Shown here piece by piece: positions 27,282 through 37,200 of a DNA stretch of 64,000 nt (position 1 is its first letter; each line of letters opens with the position of its first letter). The notes beneath the pieces were generated by a model that was not told where the DNA came from, searched no databases, and was given only the letters and a program-made list of their open reading frames with translations. A program made the position numbers and the translations under genes. Source of the stretch: Erysipelotrichaceae bacterium (GTDB lineage: Bacteria; Bacillota_I; Bacilli_A; RFN20; CAG-826). Location: the NCBI GenBank assembly GCA_963588055.1, contig CAVAGB010000007.1, positions 7,699 through 71,698 of the forward strand, in the 5' to 3' direction.

Positions 27282-28129
27282 CGGGGCGGGTCCATGCGGC
27301 CATGCGGCTCGGGGGAATAAGTATTGATATATTGGACAAGGAGGGGGCCGGTGATGGCGGTCGCTCCGCCGGCCATGACGGGGTTGCTCTCCGGCGCGGA
27401 AGCGGGCTTCCCTTTGAACTCGCTTTCGGCGGCGGCGGGCTGAACCGGGTTCTGGCTCATCTCGTCATGCATGATTTGGCGGATCTCCTCCGTGGTCGGG
27501 GCGGGCCCGTTCACGGCATCGTCGCGCACGACGACGACATCGGAGCTAGCGGCGGCGTCTTTGCTGGCGCTGGCTTTGACGGCTTTGGGCGAGCGGCAGA
27601 TGTAAACCATGTCGACGATGACGGCGATGAGCATCAATAAGAAGCCGACGGCGGCGACGCCGACCTCGCAAAGGACGATGATGAACCAAAGAAGGCTTAG
27701 GGTGCCACCGGTGTAGAGACCAATGATATAAGTGAGAAGCGGGCAAATTCCCTCAGTCTCATTTTCCCCGATATAGCCAGGGGTGAAAGCGGAGACGACG
27801 CCGGCGCACATGATGGCGCCGAAGATGAGGAAAAGGAAGGAAACCCATAGCCTGCCGGGCTTCTTCTTCGCGATGATCATGATGAGGTGGATCAGGAAGA
27901 CCAGCACCACGAAGCCAGAGGCCCCGATGAAGATGTAAGAGGCGAGTCCGAAGGATGCGAACAGGCTCAGGAAGCTAGGAATGAAGGAGCCGGCGAAGCT
28001 CTGCACTCCATAGCCAAGGGATTCCATCCCCATGGCGACTATGATCTTCGGCGTCGCGCCGAACATCACGATGCCGAGGATCATCAGGATTACGCCTGCG
28101 ATCATCAGTCCACGAACGGTTTTTTTCAT
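27227..28129 (-). CDS. Polytopic membrane protein whose C-terminal tail carries the same EEIRQIM repeat and then runs out of frame
   Basis: About seven TM helices; after ...TEEIRQIMHDEMSQ... the tail becomes Pro/Arg/Ser-rich junk and overlaps the next ORF in another frame. Confidence 0.5.
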   Translation of the reverse strand: MKKTVRGLMIAGVILMILGIVMFGATPKIIVAMGMESLGYGVQSFAGSFIPSFLSLFASFGLASYIFIGASGFVVLVFLIHLIMIIAKKKPGRLWVSFLFLIFGAIMCAGVVSAFTPGYIGENETEGICPLLTYIIGLYTGGTLSLLWFIIVLCEVGVAAVGFLLMLIAVIVDMVYICRSPKAVKASASKDAAASSDVVVVRDDAVNGPAPTTEEIRQIMHDEMSQNPVQPAAAESEFKGKPASAPESNPVMAGGATAITGPLLVQYINTYSPEPHGRMDPPRWRTSVPLPSPSPRSRRT

Positions 28130-28242
28130 CTTTTATCTCCTTTAGATAAAATACATGCGTAGTTTAGAGCCTTCAGCATGGAAAGGAAAGAGAAAATCTC
28201 CGCAAAAATCAAATAATTTGGCGTTTTTCGTCAATCAGCGGT

Positions 28243-29100
28243 TCAGCGTTTCCCGCCCTTGCTGAAGACGGTTATTTTTGATGGGCAGATTTTGATATTG
28301 AGGGTCCCGAAGACGTATTTTTCCCCATCTAGGCACCACGTGAGCTCCTCAGGGGGCACTATCCGCAGTTCTGAGAGGCCACTGGCCCACTCCTTCTTCG
28401 GCGATAAATAGCGCAAAAGTCCATTAAAAACGCCTTTTGGGGTCCGGTAGACCTCGAAAACGCCATCCCCTGCATCGCCTTTTTTATTCACGTAGAACCC
28501 GCCGACGCGCCTTCCGTTAAGAAGCATCAGGAAAGGGCCTTCGTAATCGATGGACTCGCCCCCTACTTCCAACTTCAAGCGGATCGCTTGTTTCTTAAAG
28601 GCTTCCTTGCTCGCCAAAGAGTAGTAGGCGAGCTTGCCGAATGCTTTCTTCTTTTCTCTTTTGGCTTCATAGGCGATGTCCGAATACGCCCCCACCGCCG
28701 CCATATAAGCAAAATAGACGTCGTTTGCTTTGCATAAATCAAGCGGGGCCGTGCATCCGTTTTCGATGATCCTGACCCCTTCCCAGAAAGAATGGGACGA
28801 ACCGAAATTCGCCGCCACGTCCCCCATCGTCCCGGCGTTGAGGAAGCCTAAGACGGGCTTGTTCTCCGCATCGGCGATGACATTTATCACCTGGTGGAAA
28901 GTCCCATCCCCTCCCACGACGATGAGCGCGTCGAAAGCGGAGCAGGCGGAAGAGGCCTTCTCCTTCAGTTCCTCCAGTGAGGAGGTCTTGCAGACGGTCA
29001 GGTCGAAGACCTTGCCAAGGCGCTCGATCGCCTTGGGTATGCGCCCCTTCTTGTAAGAGACGCCTGTCAGCTCGCTATATAAGAAAAGGGCTTTTTTCAT
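28243..29100 (-). CDS. Diacylglycerol-kinase-family lipid kinase (DagK/YegS-like)
   Basis: VVGGDGT motif and DAGK catalytic-domain organisation. Confidence 0.8.
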   Translation of the reverse strand: MKKALFLYSELTGVSYKKGRIPKAIERLGKVFDLTVCKTSSLEELKEKASSACSAFDALIVVGGDGTFHQVINVIADAENKPVLGFLNAGTMGDVAANFGSSHSFWEGVRIIENGCTAPLDLCKANDVYFAYMAAVGAYSDIAYEAKREKKKAFGKLAYYSLASKEAFKKQAIRLKLEVGGESIDYEGPFLMLLNGRRVGGFYVNKKGDAGDGVFEVYRTPKGVFNGLLRYLSPKKEWASGLSELRIVPPEELTWCLDGEKYVFGTLNIKICPSKITVFSKGGKR

Positions 29101-29126
29101 GAAGCCCTTTGAGTATAGCGCATTTC

Positions 29127-30737
29127 CTATTTTTTGTTGTCCTTGGCCGCCCCGATGAACTCGCGGAAGAGGGGGTTCGGGCGAAGCGGGCGAGAAGTGA
29201 ACTCGGGGTGGAACTGGGCGGCGATGAAGAAGGGATGGTTCTTCAGCTCGACGATCTCGGCGAGATTGGCCTGAGGGTTGATGCCGGAGAAGACCATGTC
29301 AGAATCTTCGAACTTCTCTTTGAAGGCGTTGTTGAACTCATAGCGGTGGCGATGACGCTCGCGGATGTGCTCCTGCTTATAGCATTTGTAGGCCAAAGTC
29401 CCAGGCACAACATCGCAGTCGTAGGAGCCTAGACGCAAAGTGCCGCCCATGTCGATGCCCTGATATTGGTTGTGGAGGAAGTCGATGACTGGATAAGGCG
29501 TCTCGGGGTCGAATTCGGTGCTGTTCGCCTCTTTCATCCCAAGGACGTTCTGCGCGTATTCGACTATCGCTAATTGCATCCCGAAGCAGATGCCGAGGAA
29601 GGGAATCTTGTTCTCCCTGGCGTAGCGGATCGCCAGCTTCTTCCCATTGCTCCCCCGATGCCCGAAGCCGCCCGGCACAAGAATGCCGTCGACGTCTTTG
29701 AAGAAGCTCTCCTCCGTCCCCGGCTTTACTTCGGTCGAAGGGACCCAGGAGACTTCCACATCGCAGTCGTGGTAATAGCCCGCGGCCTTCAGGGCCTGAT
29801 AGACGGAAAGATAGGCGTCATGGAGCTCGACGTATTTCCCGACCAAGGCGATTCTCACTTTCTTGGAGAGCTTGCTTATTTTGTCCACGAGCGCGTCGAA
29901 GTCGCTTAGATCGGGCGCGTTGCCCTCCCTCTCCATGCGGAAATGGGAAAGGATGAAGTCGTCTATCCCCTGCTCATGGAGGTTCCTGGGCAAGGAATAG
30001 ATGATCGGGGCGTCATCGCATTCGAACACGCCTTTTAGGGGCACGTTGCAGAAGAGGGAGACCTTCTCTTTGGTGTGGGAATCAAGGGGCACTTCCGAGC
30101 GGAGGATAATCGCGTCTGGCTGCAGACCCAAGGAGGCCATTTCCTTGACGGAGTGCTGAGTGGGTTTGGTCTTGGTCTCGCCGGAGGTCTTCAGATAAGG
30201 GACGAGGGTGTTATGAAGGTAGAAGGTGTTGTCGTAGCCGAATTGCAAACGGGCCTGGCGGATGGCCTCGAGGAAGGGCTGCGACTCGATGTCGCCCACC
30301 GTCCCGCCGATCTCGGCGATCACGATGTCGGCGCCTGAGGCCTTGGCCGCGTCCATGAGCCTCTTCTTGATCTCGTTGGTCACATGGGGGATGACCTGCA
30401 CGCAGGCGCCGAGGTAATCCCCGCGCCTTTCCTTCTCGATGACCGAGCTATAGATCTTGCCTGAGGTGATGGAGGCTTCCTTGGTGAGGTTGATGTCCAA
30501 CCACCTCTCGTAATGGCCAAGATCGAGGTCGGTCTCCGCGCCGTCGTCGGTGACGAAGACCTCGCCGTGCTGATAAGGGCTCATCGTCCCAGGGTCGACG
30601 TTGAGATAAGGGTCGAACTTCATCGTGAAGACCTTGAAGCCCCTCTTTTTCAGCAGCAGTCCGACGGAAGCGGCCGAGATCCCCTTGCCTAAGCTTGAGA
30701 CGACTCCGCCCGTGACGAAAATGAATTTGGTGTCCAT
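29127..30737 (-). CDS. pyrG: CTP synthase
   Basis: [17 protein letters not shown]-terminus, glutamine amidotransferase C-terminus (GICFGMQ); the start is the ATG at 30737, not the track's 30779. Confidence 0.9.
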   Translation of the reverse strand: MDTKFIFVTGGVVSSLGKGISAASVGLLLKKRGFKVFTMKFDPYLNVDPGTMSPYQHGEVFVTDDGAETDLDLGHYERWLDINLTKEASITSGKIYSSVIEKERRGDYLGACVQVIPHVTNEIKKRLMDAAKASGADIVIAEIGGTVGDIESQPFLEAIRQARLQFGYDNTFYLHNTLVPYLKTSGETKTKPTQHSVKEMASLGLQPDAIILRSEVPLDSHTKEKVSLFCNVPLKGVFECDDAPIIYSLPRNLHEQGIDDFILSHFRMEREGNAPDLSDFDALVDKISKLSKKVRIALVGKYVELHDAYLSVYQALKAAGYYHDCDVEVSWVPSTEVKPGTEESFFKDVDGILVPGGFGHRGSNGKKLAIRYARENKIPFLGICFGMQLAIVEYAQNVLGMKEANSTEFDPETPYPVIDFLHNQYQGIDMGGTLRLGSYDCDVVPGTLAYKCYKQEHIRERHRHRYEFNNAFKEKFEDSDMVFSGINPQANLAEIVELKNHPFFIAAQFHPEFTSRPLRPNPLFREFIGAAKDNKK

Positions 30738-30888
30738 AAAACCTACCCGCAGACCCTGCGGCTCCTTGACAAAAAACAACGCCGCCTATTGTAAACGCAC
30801 GATGAAAAAGAAGGGATAGCCTCTTTCTTGTTTTTCGTACAATGTCCTACTTTTTGGTTGTTTTATCCGAAAGTCAGCGGAAAGAAAT

Positions 30889-31896
30889 TCAAAGATAATC
30901 GATGACTAGGTTGCCTTCTATTAAACTCGCCTCGCAATAGGCACCGCTAAGAAGAGGCAAAGCGGGAGGGATATGCCCAAGATCGACGTTGTAGAGGATG
31001 GGGAGGCCCAGCTCGCCCAGCAAATCGAAGAAAGAGGAGAGAGGGGAAGTCCTAAAAACCTCTTCGCGATGAAGCGGCCTTCCAATCAGGAAGCCCTTCG
31101 CATTGGAGAACCATCCCGCTTCTTTGAGCTGGAAGAGCCCGCGCCTAATGGAAATCGCGTTCAGATCACATGCCTCGAGGAACCAAATGATTCCCTCGGG
31201 GTGGGCGCGGTTGAATTCTTTCACCTTGTCGAACCGTGTGCCGCAGAGGGAAAGGAGGCAATCGAGGCACCCCCCTAGAAGCGTCCCCCTCATCGGCCCT
31301 TCATAGCCGATGGACGTGATGATCTTCTCTTGGGTGAGGCGATAACGATATAGGGGATGGGCGGGGTCGCTATGGGTAATGGAGTATTTCGGATAGCCCT
31401 CGAAATGGGTCTCTCCTTTAAGCAGCCTCAAGGCGTCTTTCTCCGAGCAGCGGAAAGGGCGCGCGTAGAAAGAGGGGCCATGGGGGCCATAGATGGAGAC
31501 CATGTCGCAAAGGGTGTTGAGGGTGAAGGTCAGGTTCGTGTTGTCGCTGTAGCCCATGAAGAACTTGGGCTTTCCCTTTTTGATGGAGGCGAAATCCACG
31601 TAAGGGAGGATCTCGACCATCGTCTCCCCTCCCCCCACCGAGAAGATCGCCTTCGCTTCGCTTGAGAAGGCTTCGTTGATCTCTTCTCCGCGCAAGGCGG
31701 GGGAGGCGCTGCCTGCGACGCCTTCATCCTTATATACATTAGGATACACGTGCGCGCGAAAACCCTCTTTCGAGAGGTTCTTGAGCGAGGCGGCGAAGCG
31801 CGTCGCGTAAGGCTCGCTGGCGACCCCGAAAGAAGGGGCGACGAAAGCGATCTCATCGCCTGGCTGCAAAGGGGATGGCTGTTTCAGGCGTTTCAT
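30889..31896 (-). CDS. ldcA: LD-carboxypeptidase (peptidase S66)
   Basis: S66 family pattern: FVAPS...GYSD..., catalytic Ser, and C-terminal His/Glu. Confidence 0.75.
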   Translation of the reverse strand: MKRLKQPSPLQPGDEIAFVAPSFGVASEPYATRFAASLKNLSKEGFRAHVYPNVYKDEGVAGSASPALRGEEINEAFSSEAKAIFSVGGGETMVEILPYVDFASIKKGKPKFFMGYSDNTNLTFTLNTLCDMVSIYGPHGPSFYARPFRCSEKDALRLLKGETHFEGYPKYSITHSDPAHPLYRYRLTQEKIITSIGYEGPMRGTLLGGCLDCLLSLCGTRFDKVKEFNRAHPEGIIWFLEACDLNAISIRRGLFQLKEAGWFSNAKGFLIGRPLHREEVFRTSPLSSFFDLLGELGLPILYNVDLGHIPPALPLLSGAYCEASLIEGNLVIDYL

Positions 31897-32750
31897 GCTT
31901 CGGGGAAATAGATTTTATAGGAGGTCGCGTTGGGGACGATCTCGCCATCGATCTGAAGGCCGGTCGGACGGTCGAATTTGACCTCGATCACCTTGGCCCT
32001 CTGGGCGAAGACGTTTTTCTTCTTTTTGATGTGCTTGCCGGAGAAGATGGAGGGGAAAAGCATCAAGGTGCCGAGCCTTCCCTTGCCATGGACCGCGACG
32101 AAGGTGAGGAGGCCATCGTTCCGCTTCTGCATCGGGGCGACCTGCATGCCGCCCCCGTAATAGCGCCCGTTCATGCCTGCGGCGATGTAGGTGCGCTTGA
32201 AGGAATATTCCTTCCCGTCGAGGATGACCGTGGCTTTAGGGGCGACGTAGCTTGTGAGGAGAAGCTTCACGGTGATGTTCCCGTAGTTGATGTCGGTCTT
32301 GCCTTGCTTCTTCATCTCCTCGGCCTTGACGCAGCATTCGCCGTCGATCCCATAGCCGATGCCGTTGACGAACCTCCTCTTCAGCCCCATCGTCTCGACG
32401 ACGGGGAGGCTGCTCAGATAGGGTTTGAGCGGGACGAGGCCATCTTCCTGCTGGGCGTCTTTGACGTCGTTTAGGAAATCGTTCCCCGTTCCAAGGGGAA
32501 GCAGATAGAGCTTATCGGGGATCGGGGCGTCGCCGATGTCATTGACGAGATGGTTCAGCGTGCCGTCCCCTCCGGTGATGACCACCATGTCGTCTTCTTT
32601 AAGGCCTTTGAAGAACTCTCCCTTGTCCATCGAGACGAGATCGAGGAACTCGAACTCGCCGTATTTGGCTTTGAGCTTCTCGCTTGCGGAGAGGGCGTCT
32701 TCCTTGCCTTCCCCGGCGTTTGCCTTGCTGTTAAAGAGCATATAATTCAT
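31893..32750 (-). CDS. Second diacylglycerol-kinase-family lipid kinase
   Basis: ITGGDGT and LPLGTGNDF motifs. Confidence 0.8.
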   Translation of the reverse strand: MNYMLFNSKANAGEGKEDALSASEKLKAKYGEFEFLDLVSMDKGEFFKGLKEDDMVVITGGDGTLNHLVNDIGDAPIPDKLYLLPLGTGNDFLNDVKDAQQEDGLVPLKPYLSSLPVVETMGLKRRFVNGIGYGIDGECCVKAEEMKKQGKTDINYGNITVKLLLTSYVAPKATVILDGKEYSFKRTYIAAGMNGRYYGGGMQVAPMQKRNDGLLTFVAVHGKGRLGTLMLFPSIFSGKHIKKKKNVFAQRAKVIEVKFDRPTGLQIDGEIVPNATSYKIYFPEA

Positions 32751-33573
32751 AAAGCATTCCTCCTTCCAGGTCAGCGCGGATGAGATTGACCGCCATATCC
32801 CTCACTTGGGAAGGGTTCAGGCGCTCATACTCCTCCGGCATTATGACTTTAAGAATATCAAGATAAACGAAGCTGGGCCGCCAAGGGGCGCGTTTGGAGA
32901 TCTCTTTGGTTCCTTTGACGCAAAGCACGGCGATCGGGGCTTTGACGTCCATCGCCGCACGGAAAGAGCCCACATGGAATTCGAGGAGCAACTGATCGGT
33001 CTTGTTGCGCGTGCCCTCGGGGCAGATGTTCACGTCCGCGAGACAGTCTTTTAGGTAAGAGCCGGCCTGGGCGATCGACTTCGCGCCTTCTTTGGGATCT
33101 TCGCGGTCGATGGGGATGAAGCCAGCCATCTTCACGAAGGGGCCGGCGATGGGGAACTTGAGGTTCTCGGGCTTCGTCACGGCGACCATCGGGTGGCGGA
33201 AGGCGGCGATCATCGCCATCTGATCGAAATTGGAGATGTGGTTATTCACGTAGAGGACCTTCTCCTTCGGGAGTTTTGAAGCCCCCCTGACGCGGACGTG
33301 GATGTTAATGGCCCAGAAAAGGGTGACGACGGTCTGATGCATCACCCCGCAATAGAAGGCGGAAGGCTTATCGGGGAGAGGCTTTTTCTTGAACGCTTTC
33401 CCCCAAATGATCAAGACGAGGAGCCAAAGGCCGAAAGCGATGTAATAAAGGACGAACCAAAAAGGCAAAGCCATCAGCCAAAAGTAGACGCTGAACCTCG
33501 TGAGGGGGTAAGCGCAGCCCAAAGCGCCAAGCAAAGAGATCAGGTAGATGACGGCGTTCAAAATCATCGCCAC
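32731..33573 (-). CDS. plsC: 1-acyl-sn-glycerol-3-phosphate acyltransferase
   Basis: NHISNFD (HX4D) and PEGTR acyltransferase motifs; N-terminal TM helices. Confidence 0.8.
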   Translation of the reverse strand: MAMILNAVIYLISLLGALGCAYPLTRFSVYFWLMALPFWFVLYYIAFGLWLLVLIIWGKAFKKKPLPDKPSAFYCGVMHQTVVTLFWAINIHVRVRGASKLPKEKVLYVNNHISNFDQMAMIAAFRHPMVAVTKPENLKFPIAGPFVKMAGFIPIDREDPKEGAKSIAQAGSYLKDCLADVNICPEGTRNKTDQLLLEFHVGSFRAAMDVKAPIAVLCVKGTKEISKRAPWRPSFVYLDILKVIMPEEYERLNPSQVRDMAVNLIRADLEGGMLYELYAL

Positions 33574-33622
33574 TTATTATGCGCACTCAGCCCTTTTTTC
33601 TCAATAACGGCGTAAAACTTTC

Positions 33623-34348
33623 CTAATTCTTAGGAAAAGGGGCCAAATCGGCGCAAGCCTCATAAGCCATGAGGATGCCTGCGGCGGGAGGGACGAAAGA
33701 GGAAGAGCCGGGAACGGATTTCTTTCCAGGCGGCAAAGGTTCATTCAGACTGCATTTGGGAGCTAAAGGGGGCTCTTTCGAATAGACCACTTTAAGCTCT
33801 TTTATGCCGCTTTTGCGGAGTTCTCGGCGCAAAACCCTCGCCAAAGGATCGCCTTCGGTATCGAAGATGTCCCCAACGAGAAGCTTGCTGGGGTCGAGGC
33901 GGTTCCCGCACCCCAAAGCGGAGATGACGGGGACACCAAGCCTCTGCGCCTCCTTGATGATCTCTAGCTTCCCGGCTACCGTGTCGATCGCATCCAAGAC
34001 GTAGTCGAACTTCGAGAAATCGACGTCGCCATGGTCTTCGGGCAAGAAAAAGCAGCGATGCTTATGGATGAGGCAGGAAGAGTTGATGGAAAGGATGCGC
34101 GATTCCGCCGCATCTACTTTGGCTTGTCCCACACTGTTCAAGGTGGCGAGGCATTGGCGGTTCAAATTGGTGAGGGTGAAACAGTCATCGTCGATGAGGT
34201 CCAACTCCCCGACTCCGGCTCTTGCCAAAGCTTCCGAGGCCGCCCCTCCGACGCCTCCGAGGCCGAAGACGGCCACCCTTTTTTTGTTTAACGAGTCTAT
34301 GGCTTCCTCGCCCAGTATCAAAGCGCTTCTAGCGAACTGTTCTTTCAC
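33623..34348 (-). CDS. tcdA: ThiF/TcdA-family tRNA threonylcarbamoyladenosine dehydratase-like protein
   Basis: GLGGVGG Rossmann motif and E1-like fold; start uncertain (GTG at 34348 chosen, because the longer track ORF would collide with the divergent HAD gene). Confidence 0.6.
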   Translation of the reverse strand: MKEQFARSALILGEEAIDSLNKKRVAVFGLGGVGGAASEALARAGVGELDLIDDDCFTLTNLNRQCLATLNSVGQAKVDAAESRILSINSSCLIHKHRCFFLPEDHGDVDFSKFDYVLDAIDTVAGKLEIIKEAQRLGVPVISALGCGNRLDPSKLLVGDIFDTEGDPLARVLRRELRKSGIKELKVVYSKEPPLAPKCSLNEPLPPGKKSVPGSSSFVPPAAGILMAYEACADLAPFPKN

Positions 34349-34424
34349 AAAGGGGATTATACTTTGCCTCAAAAAGCAAGAATAGCAGGAGAAAAGTCTT
34401 CTCGGTTGCCTTAGAATTGCCTGC

Positions 34425-35081
34425 ATGGGAAGCAAAGCGATCTTCTTCGACCAGGACGGAACGTTATTAGACAGCGCGCCCGGCATCAAAAAATGCGCGC
34501 AGGCGACTTTGTCCAAATTGGGATATGCCTGCCCGAAAGCGGAGGATCTAGATTATTTCATCGGCCCGCCGCTGCGGGATTGCTTCCGTCTTTCCAATGT
34601 AAAAGAAGAAGACATCGAGCAGGCTGTGTTGATTTATAGGGAACTCTACGAAAGCGGAGGCAAATACGAGGCTACTGTCTATCCGGGGCTAGTGGAAACC
34701 CTCGCTAAGCTAAAAGCGAAAGGCTACCGTCTCTTCGTCTGCACCTCCAAAAACGGCGAACTAGCCAAGGACATCCTCGCCCATTTCAGTTTGAGCGGGT
34801 ATTTCGAGAAGGTCTTCGGCTCCACCTCCGATGGGGTCGGGGCGAGAAAAGGCGAGATCATCCGCCGCTGCTTAGCCGATATCAAAGAAGACGTCGATGC
34901 ACTGATGGTCGGCGACACGCATCTAGATGCTTTGGGCGCGAAAGAAAACGGCATCCCCTGCCTGCTCGTGCACTTCGGCTATGGCGAGGAAGCGAAAGCA
35001 AGGGAAGCAGATCCCTATGCTTTTATCTCCTCATTCAAGGAGATTGAGCCCCTTTTCGAGGAGATATACGGAAACAGGTAG
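34425..35081 (+). CDS. HAD-family hydrolase (phosphoglycolate-phosphatase-like)
   Basis: FFDQDGTL motif I, TSK motif II, and GDT.LD motif IV. Confidence 0.8.
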   Translation: MGSKAIFFDQDGTLLDSAPGIKKCAQATLSKLGYACPKAEDLDYFIGPPLRDCFRLSNVKEEDIEQAVLIYRELYESGGKYEATVYPGLVETLAKLKAKGYRLFVCTSKNGELAKDILAHFSLSGYFEKVFGSTSDGVGARKGEIIRRCLADIKEDVDALMVGDTHLDALGAKENGIPCLLVHFGYGEEAKAREADPYAFISSFKEIEPLFEEIYGNR

Positions 35082-35115
35082 AAAAAAGGCTCCCGAAGGA
35101 GCCGATTTTTTGACT

Positions 35116-35190
35116 TGGTGACCCCACCTGGAGTCGAACCAGGCATTGGACCTTGAGAGGGTCCCGTCTTAACCGATTGACCATGGGGCC
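35116..35190 (-). tRNA. tRNA-Arg (anticodon TCT)
   Basis: Acceptor stem GGCCCCA/TGGGGTC, TPsiC box GGTTCGACTCC, anticodon loop CTCTCAA. Confidence 0.75.
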
Positions 35191-35237
35191 ATGGTCGCGA
35201 GAGAAATTATTTCACCCTCGCGAAATTTAGGCAAGGC

Positions 35238-36902
35238 TTATTTTAAAGTTTCGATCACGAGTTTGATGCGGCGTCTCACTTCGCCCTCCCCGAGGATCTC
35301 AAGAATCTCGTGGAGGTTGGGGGAATCCTTGGCACCGGTTATGGCGACGCGGAGGATGCCAGAGCCATCTGAAACGTTGCCCTTATAGAGCTCAGGGTGG
35401 GCGAGATAGTCCTTATTGGAGACGGCGAAGCCATGGGCGGAGACGATTTCCTTCATGCCGTTCCACCACGTGCTCTCATCGGTTCCGAAAAGCATCTTAT
35501 CGGCGCAGTCCGAAAGGACGGCGATGAGAAGGTCTTTTGAGTAATCCGGGTTGAAAGGAAGGGGATTTGCGAGGATTTTGGCGTATTCGTCGGCGTAGAA
35601 GAATTTGGTGAGGGGGTAGATGTCGGAGAACTTCGCGTAGTCTTTGCGCGGGTTCTTGCGCTCCTTCTCGATGTTGAGGATCTTCTTGAAATAGCCTTCG
35701 TCCCCTTCGATGTGGGAGAAGAAGGTCGAGTCATATTTCTCGGCGTAGGCTTTGACGTCGGCGAAGAGCTTGTCCAAGGGGGTCTTCGCGATCATCTCCT
35801 TGCCGAAATAGTTGAGCTTGTCCTGATCGAAGAGGGCCCCATCGAGGGACATCTTCTTGAGGCGGAAGGCGAATTTGGAGAAATCATAGGTCTTATTCGC
35901 CGAGGTCCATTCCTCGAAATTCGAATTGGCGATGGACATCAGATAGACGAGTAGCGATTCCGGCTCATACCCCTGCTCCAAGAAATAAGAGACGGCCGCC
36001 TCTGGATCCTTGCGCTTGGAAAGCTTCCTCTTGTTTCCGTGATCGAGCTTCATGATGGAAGGGATGTGGGCGTAGCGGGGAGCGTGCCAGCCAAGGCTCT
36101 TGAACATGCCGAGGTGGATGGGCGTGGAGGGGATCCACTCCTCGCCTCTTGTGATCACGGTCGTCCTCATGAAATGATCGTCGACAACGTGGGCGAAATG
36201 GTAGGTCGGTAGGCCATCGGACTTCAAAATGACGACGTCGGTGTCGTTGTCCTGCAGCTCGATCTCGCCGCGGATTGCGTCGTTGAACTTGATCTTGCGG
36301 TCATGGTCGCCCAAAGAACGGAAGCGGATGACCCAAGGGGTCCCTGCTTTGATCTTCGCGATGCGCTCATCGACGCTGAGGTTCCTGTCGCGGGCGTATT
36401 TGCCGTAATAGCCAGGGAGGACTTTGTTGGCCTCTTGGGCCTTGCGGATGGCGTCAAGGTCCTCGGGCGTGCAGAAATCAGGGTAGGCGGAGCCATCCTT
36501 TATCATCTGCTTGATGACGGTGCGGTAGATGTCGCGGCGCTTCGACTGCTGATAAGGGCCATAGGCGCCTTTGTCCCCATTAGGGGTGTAGCCTTCGTCG
36601 GCGACGATGCCGAATTGGGCGAGCTGATCGATCAGCAGATCGCCGCTCCCCTCGATCGTGCGCTTGGTGTCGGTGTCCTCAAGGCGGAAGAAATAGACGC
36701 CGCCGGACTGCTTGGCCAAAGTATAGGAGATAAGCGAGGTGAAAAGGCTGCCGGTGTGCAAGAAGCCGGTGGGAGAGGGGGCGAAACGCGTCACTTGGGC
36801 GCCCTCAGGCAAGTTGCGGGAAGGGTATTTGGCTTCGAGGTCGTCGATCGTCATCGTGACGTCGGGGAAGAGAAGCTCAGCTAAATCGTTATTGTCAGCC
36901 AT
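35238..36902 (-). CDS. gltX: Glutamate--tRNA ligase
   Basis: Class I HIGH-type motif PSPTGFLHTG and KMSKS-type KLSKR. Confidence 0.85.
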   Translation of the reverse strand: MADNNDLAELLFPDVTMTIDDLEAKYPSRNLPEGAQVTRFAPSPTGFLHTGSLFTSLISYTLAKQSGGVYFFRLEDTDTKRTIEGSGDLLIDQLAQFGIVADEGYTPNGDKGAYGPYQQSKRRDIYRTVIKQMIKDGSAYPDFCTPEDLDAIRKAQEANKVLPGYYGKYARDRNLSVDERIAKIKAGTPWVIRFRSLGDHDRKIKFNDAIRGEIELQDNDTDVVILKSDGLPTYHFAHVVDDHFMRTTVITRGEEWIPSTPIHLGMFKSLGWHAPRYAHIPSIMKLDHGNKRKLSKRKDPEAAVSYFLEQGYEPESLLVYLMSIANSNFEEWTSANKTYDFSKFAFRLKKMSLDGALFDQDKLNYFGKEMIAKTPLDKLFADVKAYAEKYDSTFFSHIEGDEGYFKKILNIEKERKNPRKDYAKFSDIYPLTKFFYADEYAKILANPLPFNPDYSKDLLIAVLSDCADKMLFGTDESTWWNGMKEIVSAHGFAVSNKDYLAHPELYKGNVSDGSGILRVAITGAKDSPNLHEILEILGEGEVRRRIKLVIETLK

Positions 36903-37009
36903 AAGAATCCTCCTAAAAGGCGAAGAGATTATAATCTCTTATCCTTGACCGTTCCACCACATGTGAAAGAAACGTCCCAAAGGGACGGAGAAATCGGCGA
37001 AATTGCCTC

Positions 37010-37038
37010 TTGCAAGTGAAAAATAGCCTTCTTATAAT
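37010..37038 (+). promoter_or_regulatory. Consensus sigma70-type promoter for tRNA-Gly
   Basis: TTGCAA, a 17-nt spacer, then TATAAT; lies 21 nt upstream of the tRNA 5' end. Confidence 0.6.
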
Positions 37039-37058
37039 AGCGAAGCCCAAAGGGCAAT

Positions 37059-37132
37059 GCAGGTGTAGTTCAATGGTAGAACACGACCTTGCCAAGGTCG
37101 ATACGCGGGTCCGATTCCCGTCACTTGCTCCA
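37059..37132 (+). tRNA. tRNA-Gly (anticodon GCC)
   Basis: Acceptor stem GCAGGTG/CACTTGC, TPsiC box GTCCGATTCCC, anticodon loop TTGCCAA, encoded CCA. Confidence 0.8.
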
Positions 37133-37200
37133 GAAGCAAGCACCCCAGCCACGGCTGGGTTTTTCTTTCTTAAGCCCCCGCTTTGCGCGATAATCTATCC

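Noticed and set aside
26173-27339. Plus-strand 211-aa and 362-aa ORFs and a 110-aa minus-frame ORF across the repeat gene
   Set aside because: Products of the GC-rich, repetitive Ala/Glu/Pro coding DNA read in wrong frames: poly-Ser/Gly/Leu translations
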